Source: Mesotaenium endlicherianum (taxonomy: Eukaryota). Taken from it: DNA of 64,000 nucleotides. Both the position numbers and the translations under genes were made by a program. Location: contig WELA01003305.1 in the NCBI GenBank assembly GCA_009602735.1, forward strand, positions 137,752 to 201,751, in the 5' to 3' direction. The notes under the pieces are model-generated. The model did no database searches. It was not told the DNA's origin and saw only the letters and a list, made by a program, of their open reading frames with translations. Below, in pieces: positions 49,508-62,400 of this stretch. How positions within the stretch are numbered: position 1 is the stretch's first letter; every line of letters starts with the position of its first letter.

Positions 49508-50226
49508 GACGGCCGGCACTACCAGCCAGGGACGGGCATCTTTGACTGCGCTGCACGGCCGGATTTCCGGTCTAAGCGCCGACGGAGCCCGCCAGACACC
49601 AGGCAGCCGGGGCCTAAACCTTGTCCGCACACAAAACCCCAGCGCCAGCGCTATCTGTGCTACCGGGGTTCTTGCGTGCGCGCGTATCAGGACAGTCGCA
49701 CCGCGAGCGTCGCACGCAACAGCCGGGGAGGACGCTGCCACCGCATTAGCGACGCGGCGACGTCCCATCAGGAGCGTCTAGGGGGTGCCACTTGGCAGCC
49801 CCCTGGCAACCGCGCCAGCCACAACTGTGCCAGCAGCAGTTGTGCCAGCTGCAGCCGCACTGTCCGCAGCAGCAGCTGGGCCAGCAACGCCCGCGTCACC
49901 TGCGCCAGCAGCAGGTGCGCTTGCAGCGTGTGTGTCAGTTGCGACGGCAGCAGCCGCGCCAGCAGCAGCTACGCCTGATGCAGGCGCGACGGCAGCAACC
50001 GTGCCAGCAACAGTTGCGCCAGCAGCAGCTGTGCCTGTTGCAGACGCACCGGCAGCAGTCGCACCAGTCGGAGCCACGTCAGCGGTGCCAGCAGCATCCA
50101 CAGCAGCCCCTGATTTGGCTGCGCCAGCAGCGTCTGCTTCAGCTGCTCCAGCAGGGTCTGCAACAGCTCTAGCACCAGCGGCGCCAGCAGCCGCTGTGTC
50201 AGCTGCGGCCACTTCAGCCGCGACGG
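49508..50226 (+). repeat. Exact duplicate of 54517-55235, bounded by single Ns (likely misplaced contig)
   Basis: Offset 5009; N at 49507 and 50227. Confidence 0.85.
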
Positions 50227-50643
50227 NTCGTACCTAGGTGGCCGTAGCTTGCGCTGCGTGTGCGGCACCGTCAAACGGATAGTAGTCGCAACAGCTGTTG
50301 TACCTAACAGTGTCGGTCCTTGGGCACGTGCGTAGCCTTCCAGCACGTGTGCCTTTGACCTGGTCGATGTGTCGGTGGCCTTCCTCACGTGTGGGCAAAC
50401 ATGGTCGATCAACCTTCGCATGTGTGTCGGTGACAAGCCTTACCAAGGTTGACCCATCCCTGGGCTCCTGAACTTGCACCATGCAACCATGACCAACACT
50501 CAGAGCAATGTTCTCCTTCACCCATCTCTCACCATCTGCTTATCCTAAGACTTAGCAGAAAATTTTAAAAATGCTTGCCTTGCCTTAATTCCTTTTACAC
50601 CCCTCCCTTTCAGCTGAGGCGTCCTTGCCTTTTCTGCTGAAAG

Positions 50644-52963
50644 CTATTGTTTTCCAGTCCTGCGGCTAGGGGGTTTAGGAAGGCAGTCAGGACATTCCCA
50701 TCGTCCTGCCATAATCTCTTTCTCGCCAATGCAGAAAGTGTGCCAACGGGTACCACACTTATCGCAAGTTACCATTGCTTCCTAATCATCCAGCACTTTG
50801 CAGCTGGCATAAGGCGTGGCTGGCACCAATTCCTCGGGCACAACCCTAATCGTAGGATCAATATTCGGCAAATGGCATAGCGAGCAATTCTGACGTGGTC
50901 TTTCATGGTTTTACCATCAGAACCTTCCAGTTCTAACACACCATTGTGAAACGCATGTTTCACAAGTAAGATCACTGCACCCGAATTGGTGTCGATGGTG
51001 GTCTTGGTTTGGCGCTTGCGGTAGACGAAGTCTTCTTATTGAATCTGCGTCATCTGCAGGCGGTAGCTCCCGTCTCGCGTCCTGGCGTAACGCTGCGTAT
51101 CTCTTTTCTGCGAGATCGCAGCTCCAGCGGTAGCCTAGGCCCATGATTGGCAAAGGTTGCAAGTGTGGATGTTGCTATGTAAAACCAGCCTTGACGCGAT
51201 CACAGCTTTGACAGGCCTTGATCACATCTTCACACTGCTGCTTCCTGCCCCTCCACCAGTAAAACAACTCCAAAAGACTATACGTCTTCTTGACACCATA
51301 GTGTCCAGTGTTCTCGTGCATTTCTTGCACAAGAGCTCTTCTTCCGATGGGTTCTGGCACTAACTTCTCCGGACCAGTTTCTTCAATTTTGAAGAGGTTG
51401 TTGCATTTCCAGCAAAACCTTTTAGCTCGATGGCTTACCTGGTCCTTCTCCTTCACTGATAGCCCTTCCAAGTGAGTTCCCGTCTTAAGCCAGTGCATAG
51501 TAGCTTGATCTTTCCAGATCTCTGGACTGAACAGGGGTAGAGGCTCAGCTTCACCTGATGCTACCATTCCAGCCATTTCGGCTAGGCAGGCCACCAACTC
51601 TGCTGGGCTGCTCGGGTCTTCGTCCTCTCGAGCTCCTGTTCTGTCGTCTGAAGATGGGTCTGGGTTCCTGCTGAGTCCATCGGCGTCGTTGTTGAGCACT
51701 CCTGCTCTGTGCACTACCGTCATTTGGTACTCTTGCAGCTTAAAAGCCCAGCGAGCCAACTTACCATTGAGGTCTCCATTCTTCATCAGCCATAGTAACG
51801 GTGAGTGATCCGTGATCAGCGTGAAGGGTCTTCCCCACAGATTCTCTCTGAAGTGTGTGACAACCCAAACCACTGCCAGCAGCTCTCCTTTGTAGGACGA
51901 GTAGTTGCTCTCCGCTCGATTGTCAAAGCGTGAGGCATAGGCAATGACATACTCCTCTCTAGGGCTTGCGGCCTGAGTGAGTACTGCGCCAATTTCCACA
52001 CGACTCCAGTTAGTGTGCAGATTGAACGGCTTGGAGTAGTCAGGCATTTGCAAGACTGGGGCTGTTACCAGCTGCTCCTTAAGCTCGTTCATGGCTTTCT
52101 CCTGAGCTTCTGTCCACACTAAAGGCACATCCTTTTTCAGGAGTTCCGTCAGAGGTTTAGCAATTCTGCTACAATCCTTCACAAACTTACAATAGTATCT
52201 GCTTAGCCCTAACAGAGCTTTCAGCTTAGACACATTCGCCGGTGCAGGTATCTTGTAATGAGCCTCAGTCTTCACAGCCTGAGGGGACATAGCATTGTTC
52301 CCAATCTCATGTCCTAGGTAAGGCACGTGTGCCTCAAAGAATCTGCACTTTCCAGGATGCAGCTTCATCTGGAATTTCTCCAGGCGCTGGAACACTTGTT
52401 CCAAGTGCTCGAGGTGCTCCTCTATGGACTTGCTGAATACTACCACATCGTCAATGTAAGGCTTAGCAAAATCCAGCCCCTCCAGCACTTTATCCATAGT
52501 CCTCTGAAATATGGCTTGGGCATTTTTCAGCCCAAATGGCATTACTGTCCATTGCCAAAGTTCCCTTCGAGCCCAGAAGGCGGTCTTACCTCGATCTTCT
52601 GTTTTCACAAGGATTTGGTTGAAGCCTTGGTGCAGATCGATGATGCTAAACACCTTCCCGGTGGTGACATTCGCAAAGATCCGCTCCGGCGTAGGCATCA
52701 CATAGCTGTCTGGCTCCGTGTAGAGATTCAGTCGCCTGTAATCTCCACACATACGAGTGGCAATATAATTGCCGACCTCGTCTTTTTTAGCGACTACTAC
52801 TGCGGAAGCCCCATGCAGTGAGGTTGATTTTCAATCATGCGGAGCTTATGCAGCTCTTTGCAAGTTTTCTCCACACAGTCCCACTCTGTCTGACTGAGCT
52901 TATGCGGCCCAATTCTGACTGGGTTATCAGTAGTGAGTGTGATCTCACACACACTGGCAGTAG
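50644..52963 (-). pseudogene. pol: Gypsy pol fragment: RT - RNase H - integrase HHCC (core deleted) - PHD finger
   Basis: ORF 51175-52752 (MCGDYRRLN, MPFGLKNA, YIDD, HENTGH..CQSC); then GVLELEG..NCSLCHLP and CDKCGTRWHTFC..WECPDC, with stop at 50644-50646. Confidence 0.9.
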
Positions 52964-53824
52964 TGTCATGATTTATTGAGTCGAGGTTGTCGCACAAAAC
53001 CGAGCTCCACACGTGTGAACCATCAATCTAGGAAGGCCGACTTTGCATAGACTTTACGCATCTATATGTTGACCTTTTCTCAATTTCCAAGTCACCAAAG
53101 TGTAGCGCGTCGAGTCACCTTCCGAATGGCACCGGGTTCGCGTCATTTGGTCAAGTATCGAGCGAGATATGAGCGATCTAGTCCGCGTCACCTACAGGCC
53201 CCTAGCGGATCCTCACCAATTTGTGTTTCAATGTGCCCAAGGGACACATTCTTGCCTATTCGTGACCCCTAAAACCCCCAGCTTGTGCGCACAAATCCGC
53301 GAGCTCCTAGAGCACACATACCTTGCATTTCCATACTATAAGTGCATCATTGAGGCTATAACTAGGTGACTGCATCAACTACGCCTAGAGGAAGCTTCCT
53401 CAAGTTTCAGATCTTCGTTTGAGGTGCTATCTAGGTAGAATCACCCAAGGTAAGCTCCACCAATGAGAGACACATAGCATATTCTACATGCCTTGCTTTG
53501 ATTGGATTGAGTTATGCTTAGCCTATAGGAGTGCTAGTACATGCCTTGTACACATTAGTGGACATAGGAGAGCCTCCTAGAGGGACTAGATGCATTGGAC
53601 TCGCCGCAGACCCCGGCGGATTTCCAGGAGTATAAGTACCAGAGATGTCCCTAGAGAGACATCTTTTTAGAAGTCCATTATGCCAGATGTAAGTAACAGA
53701 GATTATCAGTAAAGCTTACACCTTTATCTCTTGTGTGTTTTCAGGACCACATAGTTACTCTCTTGTGAAGAGCAAGCCCTCCTGGCTTCTAGTCACTTGA
53801 AGAACTTCACAAGTGGTGAGCAAA
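52964..53824 (+). repeat. LTR C, 3'-truncated (~860 of ~1290 bp)
   Basis: Starts TGTCATGATTTATTGAG; highly similar to 63166-64000; leaves family C homology after GTGGTGAGCAAA. Confidence 0.85.
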
Positions 53825-55995
53825 TCGACCCCGTGCGCACATCTGCGCACACGCCGGTCCGGCTGCCCCCTGCAGACCGTGTCACGCCGCAGGTGTCAGC
53901 AGGAGCCGCCACCTGTCACGCTTACGGCAGGCGAGGCAGCTCTCGCCAGCTGCCGCACGCTCGCGTCCGCACGCACGTCTCGTCACCCGCTGCGGTCCAC
54001 GCTACGCAGCCGGCAATATGACAACGGCCTCGCAATCGCAGCAGCGCTCGCGCTCGGCAGCCGCTCACACGCGTCGCCACTTGGCACGCGCACACGGCCC
54101 CGTACGGACCGCACAGATCAGGCCTGCGCAACCGCCACCCTCAGTCAGGGGGGGGCATTCCTGACTGCGTTGTGCGTCCGAATTCCTAGACGGGGCAAAG
54201 CCGGCACACGCACAGCCGCACACAGCCAAAGCCTAAACTCTGGTCGCACGCAAAACCCCAGCTGCAGCGCGCATCTCGCTGCCGGGGTCCCGCCGAACGC
54301 ACGCGCCGAAGGGGGCGCGCCACGTACTTCATGCCAGGTAGGCAAGTCCGACGCCGGCACTCGCCAGACAAGACGCGCCAGAGCTGCCAGGAGTCCCCAA
54401 GGGGCGCCACCTGGCGGCCCCCTGACAGCGGCTGCAGCAGCGCACGTCTGCTGCGCGCACGTGCCGCCACTTGGCACGCACGCGCAGCCCGTTCCAGCCA
54501 GCACGCATCTGGCGCAGACGGCCGGCACTACCAGCCAGGGACGGGCATCTTTGACTGCGCTGCACGGCCGGATTTCCGGTCTAAGCGCCGACGGAGCCCG
54601 CCAGACACCAGGCAGCCGGGGCCTAAACCTTGTCCGCACACAAAACCCCAGCGCCAGCGCTATCTGTGCTACCGGGGTTCTTGCGTGCGCGCGTATCAGG
54701 ACAGTCGCACCGCGAGCGTCGCACGCAACAGCCGGGGAGGACGCTGCCACCGCATTAGCGACGCGGCGACGTCCCATCAGGAGCGTCTAGGGGGTGCCAC
54801 TTGGCAGCCCCCTGGCAACCGCGCCAGCCACAACTGTGCCAGCAGCAGTTGTGCCAGCTGCAGCCGCACTGTCCGCAGCAGCAGCTGGGCCAGCAACGCC
54901 CGCGTCACCTGCGCCAGCAGCAGGTGCGCTTGCAGCGTGTGTGTCAGTTGCGACGGCAGCAGCCGCGCCAGCAGCAGCTACGCCTGATGCAGGCGCGACG
55001 GCAGCAACCGTGCCAGCAACAGTTGCGCCAGCAGCAGCTGTGCCTGTTGCAGACGCACCGGCAGCAGTCGCACCAGTCGGAGCCACGTCAGCGGTGCCAG
55101 CAGCATCCACAGCAGCCCCTGATTTGGCTGCGCCAGCAGCGTCTGCTTCAGCTGCTCCAGCAGGGTCTGCAACAGCTCTAGCACCAGCGGCGCCAGCAGC
55201 CGCTGTGTCAGCTGCGGCCACTTCAGCCGCGACGGCAGCAGTCGCGCCAGCGCGAGCTGCGCCTGTTGCAGTCGTGCCGGCAGCAGTCACGTCAGCCGCA
55301 GCCACTTTCATCGTGCCCGCAGCAGCCACTCCAGCTGCCCCAGCGGCGTCAGCAGCTGTGCCAGCAGCGCCCGCGTCAGCTGCGCCAGCAGCAGTTGCGC
55401 GAGCAGCGTCGGTGACAGCTGCATTGGCAGCAGCTGCGCCAGCCTTGTCGTCAGCTCTCGCGGCGCTTGCGTTCGCAGCTGCGCTCGCCTCCGCCGCATC
55501 CGCACCAGGGCCAGCAGCAGCGCCCGCATGGTCAGCGGCAGCGGCTGCGTCGGTCCCTGCGGTCATGAAGACGGCCATGCTGGCCTACTGTGCCCGCACG
55601 CTGCCCCTTGGCAGCCGCACAACCATCAGCAGCGCAGGCCGCGAGCACACGCTCGTGGCAGCCGCGGGGCGAACCACGGTGGCACAGAAACGCGCCGGAT
55701 CGGATCAGGGTCGCCGCACGGAGGAGGCGCCGCGCGTGCCCCAATCTTTTTGCGTGCTGGAGACGCCTACAGCGCCAGTGGCGACCGCGCCGCACGCGCT
55801 TGCATCACCAATGGTCACGGTGCAGCTCAGCGCCGAGGTCATCTCGTTGGCATACATCGCATGCCGGCGGTGTCCTTCGCCGAGCTTGGCGTGTCCATGG
55901 AGGCTACGCGGCAGGCAGCCCAGCTGCTGCTCTAGTCTCGCAGTGCCGCTTCCCGCGCCTCCAACGGCAGGCCGTCTTCCGACGCCTTAGTCGCA

Positions 55996-56433
55996 ATGCG
56001 AGCCGCACCTGCGCAACCTGCGCATGAGCGCAGGATGATCAGCACCCCTAACGTCGCGTTTTTGGATAATTTGCAGGGGATCGTGCTGGTCAACACTCAG
56101 GCCCCGCAGCGCATCATGTTCGACACTGGAGCGCAGCCGGTCCTCATCAGCCTCCGCTACTTCCGCCAGCTGGGGCTATCTTCAGCCAACTTGGAAGACT
56201 CGCCCACGCGCATCAACATCGCGGCCGGCACTTCCAAGTCCGTCACCGGGCCCACGCGACTGGCACTGCTCTTCACGCTTCGCCCAGGCACGCCGGATGA
56301 GACAACCATCCACCGGCATGCGTTGGTCACCCCATCGAAGACCTTCGACGTTCTTTTGGGACAGGACGTTCTCTTTCCCATCGGTGCCGCAGTCGACAAC
56401 TGGGCAGAGCGAGTCTTCTATCGGCCCGACTAG
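55996..56433 (+). pseudogene. Retropepsin aspartic protease domain
   Basis: IMFDTGA (DTG at 56122-56130) and VLLGQD; the TAG at 56431 aligns with W in the copy at 29583-30551. Confidence 0.85.
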
Positions 56434-58509
56434 CGATCAGGAGGGACCCGCACGGCGTTCCTGCCACTCGACATTGTCGACCGGCGCCCCGCAGTGACCG
56501 CCCTCTATGGCTTCATGGCCCTTGACGACGACCGGCCAGTGGTTCAAACCGATAAGGGAGAACCCGAAGAGGATGATGTTTCCGTGGGCGTCGATCTGCT
56601 TGAGCCACAAGACGAGGAGCCCAACCTACCCATGGCAAAGCTGCACCCTACGCCCCACGAGCAGGCCGCGTATTTGACCGCTCAGGCCAAGGAGCAGGTG
56701 CGCATCGCCGCGGCACATACAGCCATGGTGAGGCAGATGGCCGCCGATGCCGCTCAAGCCCACACACTTGCAGCTGCCGCTGTCAGTATGGCCGCACGCG
56801 CCCACGAAGCAGCCTCGGCCGCCGCAGCCGTATATCGACCTCAGCAGGCTGCCTCTAGCGGTCCCTCAGCCCGTTTCGACATCCGGGTGCGCCACGACGT
56901 GCCTGTGGGTGTCCGCTTGGAGTACCGCATGGCCTCTTGGTCTCCGTCCCCTGCACCATCACACCGCACAGGCGACTCTTGGCCTCGCACTACAGCATCA
57001 AAAGAGGAGGCCATGCGACAAGCCGCTTACCCTGGCAGGTCCGACGATGAGTCCTTGGAGAGCATCGAGGAGGACGAGGAAGACCTCTGGGAGGAGCTGC
57101 CTCCAGAGTTTTCCAAGGAGCCCACGCCGCCGCCTTCAGGGGAGCCCCCACCTCCTACTCCAACAGCTCGCGCGCGGCGCAAGCCTACGGGCCCGCCAGG
57201 CTTCAGCGATCTTTCACATGAGGCCGCAGCAGAGTCTGGCAAGACTCCCCGAGGCGCAGCCGGTCCTAGCCGACCGCAGCAGCACGACTGCTCCACTGGC
57301 AACAAGTGCCGCACCACGCACTTGTTTGCCTCCGCTAGAGCTGCCCGCGCTGCCTCCAGCTCCGCAAAGACGCACCCCTCAGCGTTCGCGTCTCCGCACG
57401 CAGCTCCGCTACGGCCCACACCCCTACGCAGCAGCATCCTCGGGCCCCCGCGGACAGGCCCGTCCCCTTACGCAGGTCCGCCGCTACGGCACGCCCACCG
57501 CACGTGGCCTACCAACACGCACGCCCAGGGTACCTCTCCGCGCAGGCAGCCCAGGGGCTCCTGCAAGATAACACCGCTTCAGGAGGCGCGGCATACCCAA
57601 AAGCTCACTCCGCTGCGCACCGCGCGGGAGATCACTCCCCTCCGCGAGACGAGGGCTCGCTCCGTAACCCCGCCATACGACGCGACTCGTAAGCGCGGCA
57701 CCACGCCGCCCTACCGCGCGCAACTCGACGACGGCGACACGCATTCTTCCTTAATGCACACCCATGGCGCGTTGTACCAGGTCCCTCTTGCCCGCCGCAC
57801 TTCGGTCCCGCGCAGTCACATCGCAGGAGATGGACCGAGCGGTCTGCCTTCGCAGAAGGCACCTGGCATCGGCAGCCAATCCTCCGACCGTCACGCGTCT
57901 ACGACAGCCGCTCGCAAAGAGCTCATGCGCCGACAGCAGCTCGGCCGCATCTACCTCGCCCCTTGCGCACGGCCTGCAACACATGTCCAGCTGGCACCAC
58001 GGCAGCCAGTGCGCGCACGGCAGGTGGCAGACAGCCCCGAACACTCGGCCTGCACTATTCCTATGCAGTCAGTATTGCGCGAGCGCCAGCGCGAGTACTT
58101 CGACCCGCACCTGTTCATGCCGCCGCAGCGCATCGTCATGGACCAGCTAGCCCATGCTGCCTCGCACCGCGACAGCCAGCACGAGCGAGACCGATGGCAG
58201 CTGCTGTGCGTCCGTGCTGTACAGGCTCAGGTCCTGCCTGTTCCTTGCGAGGCCCTGCAGGACGCACGAGCCCGCTGGCGTACCTATCAGGCGCACGCTC
58301 GCAACGGGAGTCCGCAGCCCCTCGCAGACCGCATTCCCGGGCTCACCCTTGACTATGCCAGGCAGGCCGTGGCCTTGCTCCGCATGGCGCCGCATTAGCA
58401 CAGCCCACAGCGTACCTATCCGCCACCAGCCGAGCCCGGGGACGCCGCCATGGGCTGCAGCATGCTGCCCACGCCGATCTTCACCAATCAGCTCGACAAG
58501 AAGCCTGGT

Positions 58510-59460
58510 GGTATCGTCTTAGTGGAGCTCTTTGCTGGCATCGCGACAGGCCTGCTGGCCACCTTGCAGGCCGGCATTGCCGTGCGCCGCTACGTCTATG
58601 TGGATCCCAACGCAGAGGCCCAGTAGGTGGCTCGGCGCCAGATGGCCCTGTGTCACGAGCGCTTCCCTGACCTCTTCCCTGCGCACGCTTTCCGCCGTGC
58701 ACAAACGGACTGGCCCATGGACATCCGCGACATCACTACAGAGCACGTCACGCGTCTAGGGCCCATCGACCTGGTCATCGCAGGCTGGGAGTGTCAGGGT
58801 TTCTCCAGGGCAGGGACCGGTGGCGCCCTTGCGGACCCCCGCACTGCGCTCTTTTGGCACCTGCTCCGCGTCCTCAACATGATTGAGGATCGCCAGCCTC
58901 CCCACACTCTCGCATGGGTGTTGGAGAACGTGGCCGCGCGCTTCAATCGACGCGCGCACGTCCGTGTCGACTTTGCCCTCTGCAGCAGCTACGTCGGTCG
59001 CGAGGCCGTCATCGACGCTGCCCAGATCAGCTCCTTCGCGCACCGCGTCCGCGCATACTTCACCAACCTGGCCATGCCAGGCACACTCGAGGCTCTAGCT
59101 GCAGCCCACCCACGCCACACGCGCAACGTGGACTCTATTTTGGACGGCCCTGGCCTCGCACAGCGCGTGACGACTATGCCTCACCCCTCCATGGCGCAGT
59201 GTGAGGTACTCCATAACGTCACGAGGGCTCTCCCCACCTTCGTCAGCCGCTTCGACAGCGACGCCTACGTGGGGGCCGCGCGCGGCATGGTCATTGACCT
59301 CGAGACAGGCATGTTTGACCGCCCTCGCCCTACGGAGATGGAGCGTGCCATGGGCTTCCCGCCGCATTTGACCCAGGTGGATGGCATCACCAAAGTCAAC
59401 CGCATTCGTCTCCTCGGCCAGGCCATTGATGCCAACGTCCTCACATGGATCCTGCTACAG
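58510..59460 (+). pseudogene. C5 DNA cytosine methyltransferase domain embedded in pol
   Basis: Motif I LVELFAGIATG (58519), III DIRDI, IV LVIAGWECQGFSRAG (Cys 58792), VI WVLENV (E 58924), VIII AHRVRAYFTN (H 59041), IX EMERAMGFP, X RLLGQAIDANV; one in-frame TAG at 58624. Confidence 0.92.
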
Positions 59461-59482
59461 ACGCAGGCCTTGACGCCCCTCT

Positions 59483-62400
59483 ATGCCGAGGCACAACACC
59501 CCGAGATGGAGCAGTCTTACACCCAGATGGATCGAGACTCTGACACGGACGACGGTCGCCCACCTCTCGGCACGGCCAGGCATTCTCAGCGCGAAGGTCC
59601 TGGGCCCCCGGCGCCCTTCCGTCCTCGCTCGCCGCCCGCACATGTTTCAGACGCCAATTTTTGGTTCGCTGGGGGGGGGCAGGAGGCGAGAAGAGTGCTC
59701 ACAGCAACCCAGGGAGTTCCGGTCGCCATTTCTTTTTCCTCGCTTACGTTCTCAAGCAGGTGTGCCAGGGCAGCTTGCGGCAGCTGCCAAGGAGGCAGCA
59801 CCTACGACAAGACGCGCGCAGACAGCTGCAGGGCAGGTGACGCCGGCAGCACCACAGTTCACGCCAGCAGCAGGGCAGGAGGCGCAAACTGCGAGGCAGG
59901 AGTCTCCACCAGCTGCCCCTACATGGAAGCTGCGGGGGACTCTCACCGAGGCCCAGGCCGCACAACTGACGGCACTGCTAGATGAGAGACGCAGTGTCAG
60001 CTTTGCCAGCAGCATGCACGACCTTGGACGCTACAAGGGGGACCCCATGCGGATTCCTCTCACGGCACAGGAGCCTATCTTTCTCAAGCGTTATCGCTAC
60101 AGTCACTTTGAGGATGGCCTGATTGGCACGCAGACGGGCAAGTTGGAGGACAGCAAGCTCATCAGGGAGTTGTCCTTGGGCTACGCTGTGCCCACAGTGA
60201 TGCCAGCCAAGAAGGACGCCTCGGGTAACTGGTCCAAAAAGAGGATGTGCGGTGACTATCGTCGGCTGAACGAGGTCATCGAGCAGGACAGATATCCCAT
60301 GCCAACACCCAATGAGATCTTCGATGACATTGGCACCTGCACTTGGTTCTCAGTGTTGGACCTGCGCCAGGGTTTCAACCAGATTCCCATCGTCAAGGAG
60401 GATCAGCATAAGACGGCGTTCTGGGGAGCACAGCGTCTCTACGAGTGGGTAGTGATGCCCTTTGGGTTGAAGAACGCGCCTGCCACCTTTCAGAGGGTCA
60501 TGGACAAGGAGCTGGCCGGTTTGCCCTTTGCACGGTGTTACATCGATGACGTGCTCGTCTACGGTGAGACGTTTGAGGAGCACGTGGCTCACGTCACTGC
60601 TGTGTTGGAGCGCTTGGAGAACGCAGGGCTCAAGTGCCATCCTGGCAAGTGTACCTTTGGGACCCGAGAGGTGGAGTACCTCGGACACGTGCTCTCTTTG
60701 AGTGGCTTGGCTCTCCAGCTAGCCAAGATCACGGGCATTCCGCCACCCATTGATCTCTCACAGCTGCGCGCCTTCCTTGGCATTGCCAACTACTACCGGC
60801 GCTTCGTGCCCGGCTTCAGCAAGTTGGCCAAGCCGCTCAACGACTTGCTGAGGAAGGGCGTCGCCTACGTGTGGGGGCCTGAGCAGCAAGCGGCGTTTGA
60901 CAAGCTCAAGGAGCTCTTGGTGAGCGCTCCTGTGCTGCGATGGCCTGACTATGGGAAGCCCTTCATCCTGCACACCAACTGGTCGCAGGCAGGCCTTGGG
61001 GCAGTGTTGGTACAGGAGCACAACGGCTTTGAGCATGTGGTGGCCTACGCCAGCCGCAGCAACAACCGCGCGGAGGGCAACTACGACTCCTATGAGGGGG
61101 AGTGCTTGGCGGCAGTCTGGGCCATCGTCCACGTCAGGCACTACCTTTACGACACCCAATTCCGCTTGGTCACTGACCATCAGCCGCTCAAGTGGCTCAT
61201 GACGTCGGAGCGCTTGACCGGCAAGTACGCGCGGTGGGCCCTCATCCTGCAAGAGTACACTTTTGACGTGCACCATCGCCCGGGTTCGACCAACATGGAC
61301 TCCGACGGCCTCAGCCGCAACCCCCTGCCCTCCTCGAGGGACCTCTTAGTGGCTCAACATGACGAGGATGAGCCAGTGGCCTGGCACGCGGCGGCGTACC
61401 TCGCCTTCACCGTCGACGGCTACGTGCGGCCCGCGGGGCTCACTAACCTCGACATGGTGACGGTTACCACTCGGCGACTCGCTCTGACTGCAGCAGAGGA
61501 GCAGGATACCTCGCAGCGCGGGCCCAAGGATGTGTGGGACAACGCCCCCGTCCTTCATTACGTCACCACCAAGGAGGTGGCACTTGGTGTCACCTCAAGG
61601 GAGCGCGACCGCATCCTCAAGCGCAGCCGCGACTTCGTCTTCATAGACGGGCGCATGCGACGAGTGATGGCTGACGGCTCCGTCCTTGTGGTGCCTGAGC
61701 CAGCCATACGCAGCCAGCTGGTGCGCCGTGTGCACGAGGCATTGGGGCACTTTGGTGTCAGGCGCACCCTCAGCCTTCTTCAGGCTGAGTACTGGTGGCA
61801 CGCCATGACTAAGGTCGTGGCCGATGCCGTCAGCAGCTGCTCGCTCTGCGACCGCGTGCGCTCGAGCTTCACCGCTCGCACAGTCGCTTTCAGCCCTCTC
61901 CCAATTCAGGGGCTGTTCTACAAGTGGTCGCTCAACTTGGCGGGGGAGCTGCCCAAGTCTCGCCGAGGCAACCTCTATGTCTTGGTGATGATTGAGCACA
62001 TGTCCAAGTGGATCGAGCTTGTGCCTTTGCCCAGCAAGGCCAGTGAGGGGATCGCTCAGGCCTTCCTTGATCAGGTCCTTAGCCGCTTCGGTGGCTGCGC
62101 AGAAGTGCTGACCGACCAGGGCAAGGAGTTCCAGGGCTGCTTCCAGACGCTACTGGAGCGCTCTATGATCGACCACCGCACCACCTCCCGCGATCACCCA
62201 CAGGCTGACGGCCTTGCAGAGCGCATGGTGCAGACCGTCAAGCTTGGGTTGTGGAAGTACTGTCTTGCCCACGACAGCACCCACTGGGACGACGCACTCC
62301 CGTGGCTGGCCATGGGGTACAGGTTCAGAGAGCAGGCCTCATTGGCCTCGCATTCTCCCTACTTCCTCCTCTACGGCCGCCAGCCAGTCCTACCCGCAGC

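Noticed and set aside
53825..55570. CRISPR-like array
   Set aside because: Eukaryotic context, long diverged units, no constant repeat with unique spacers, and no cas genes.
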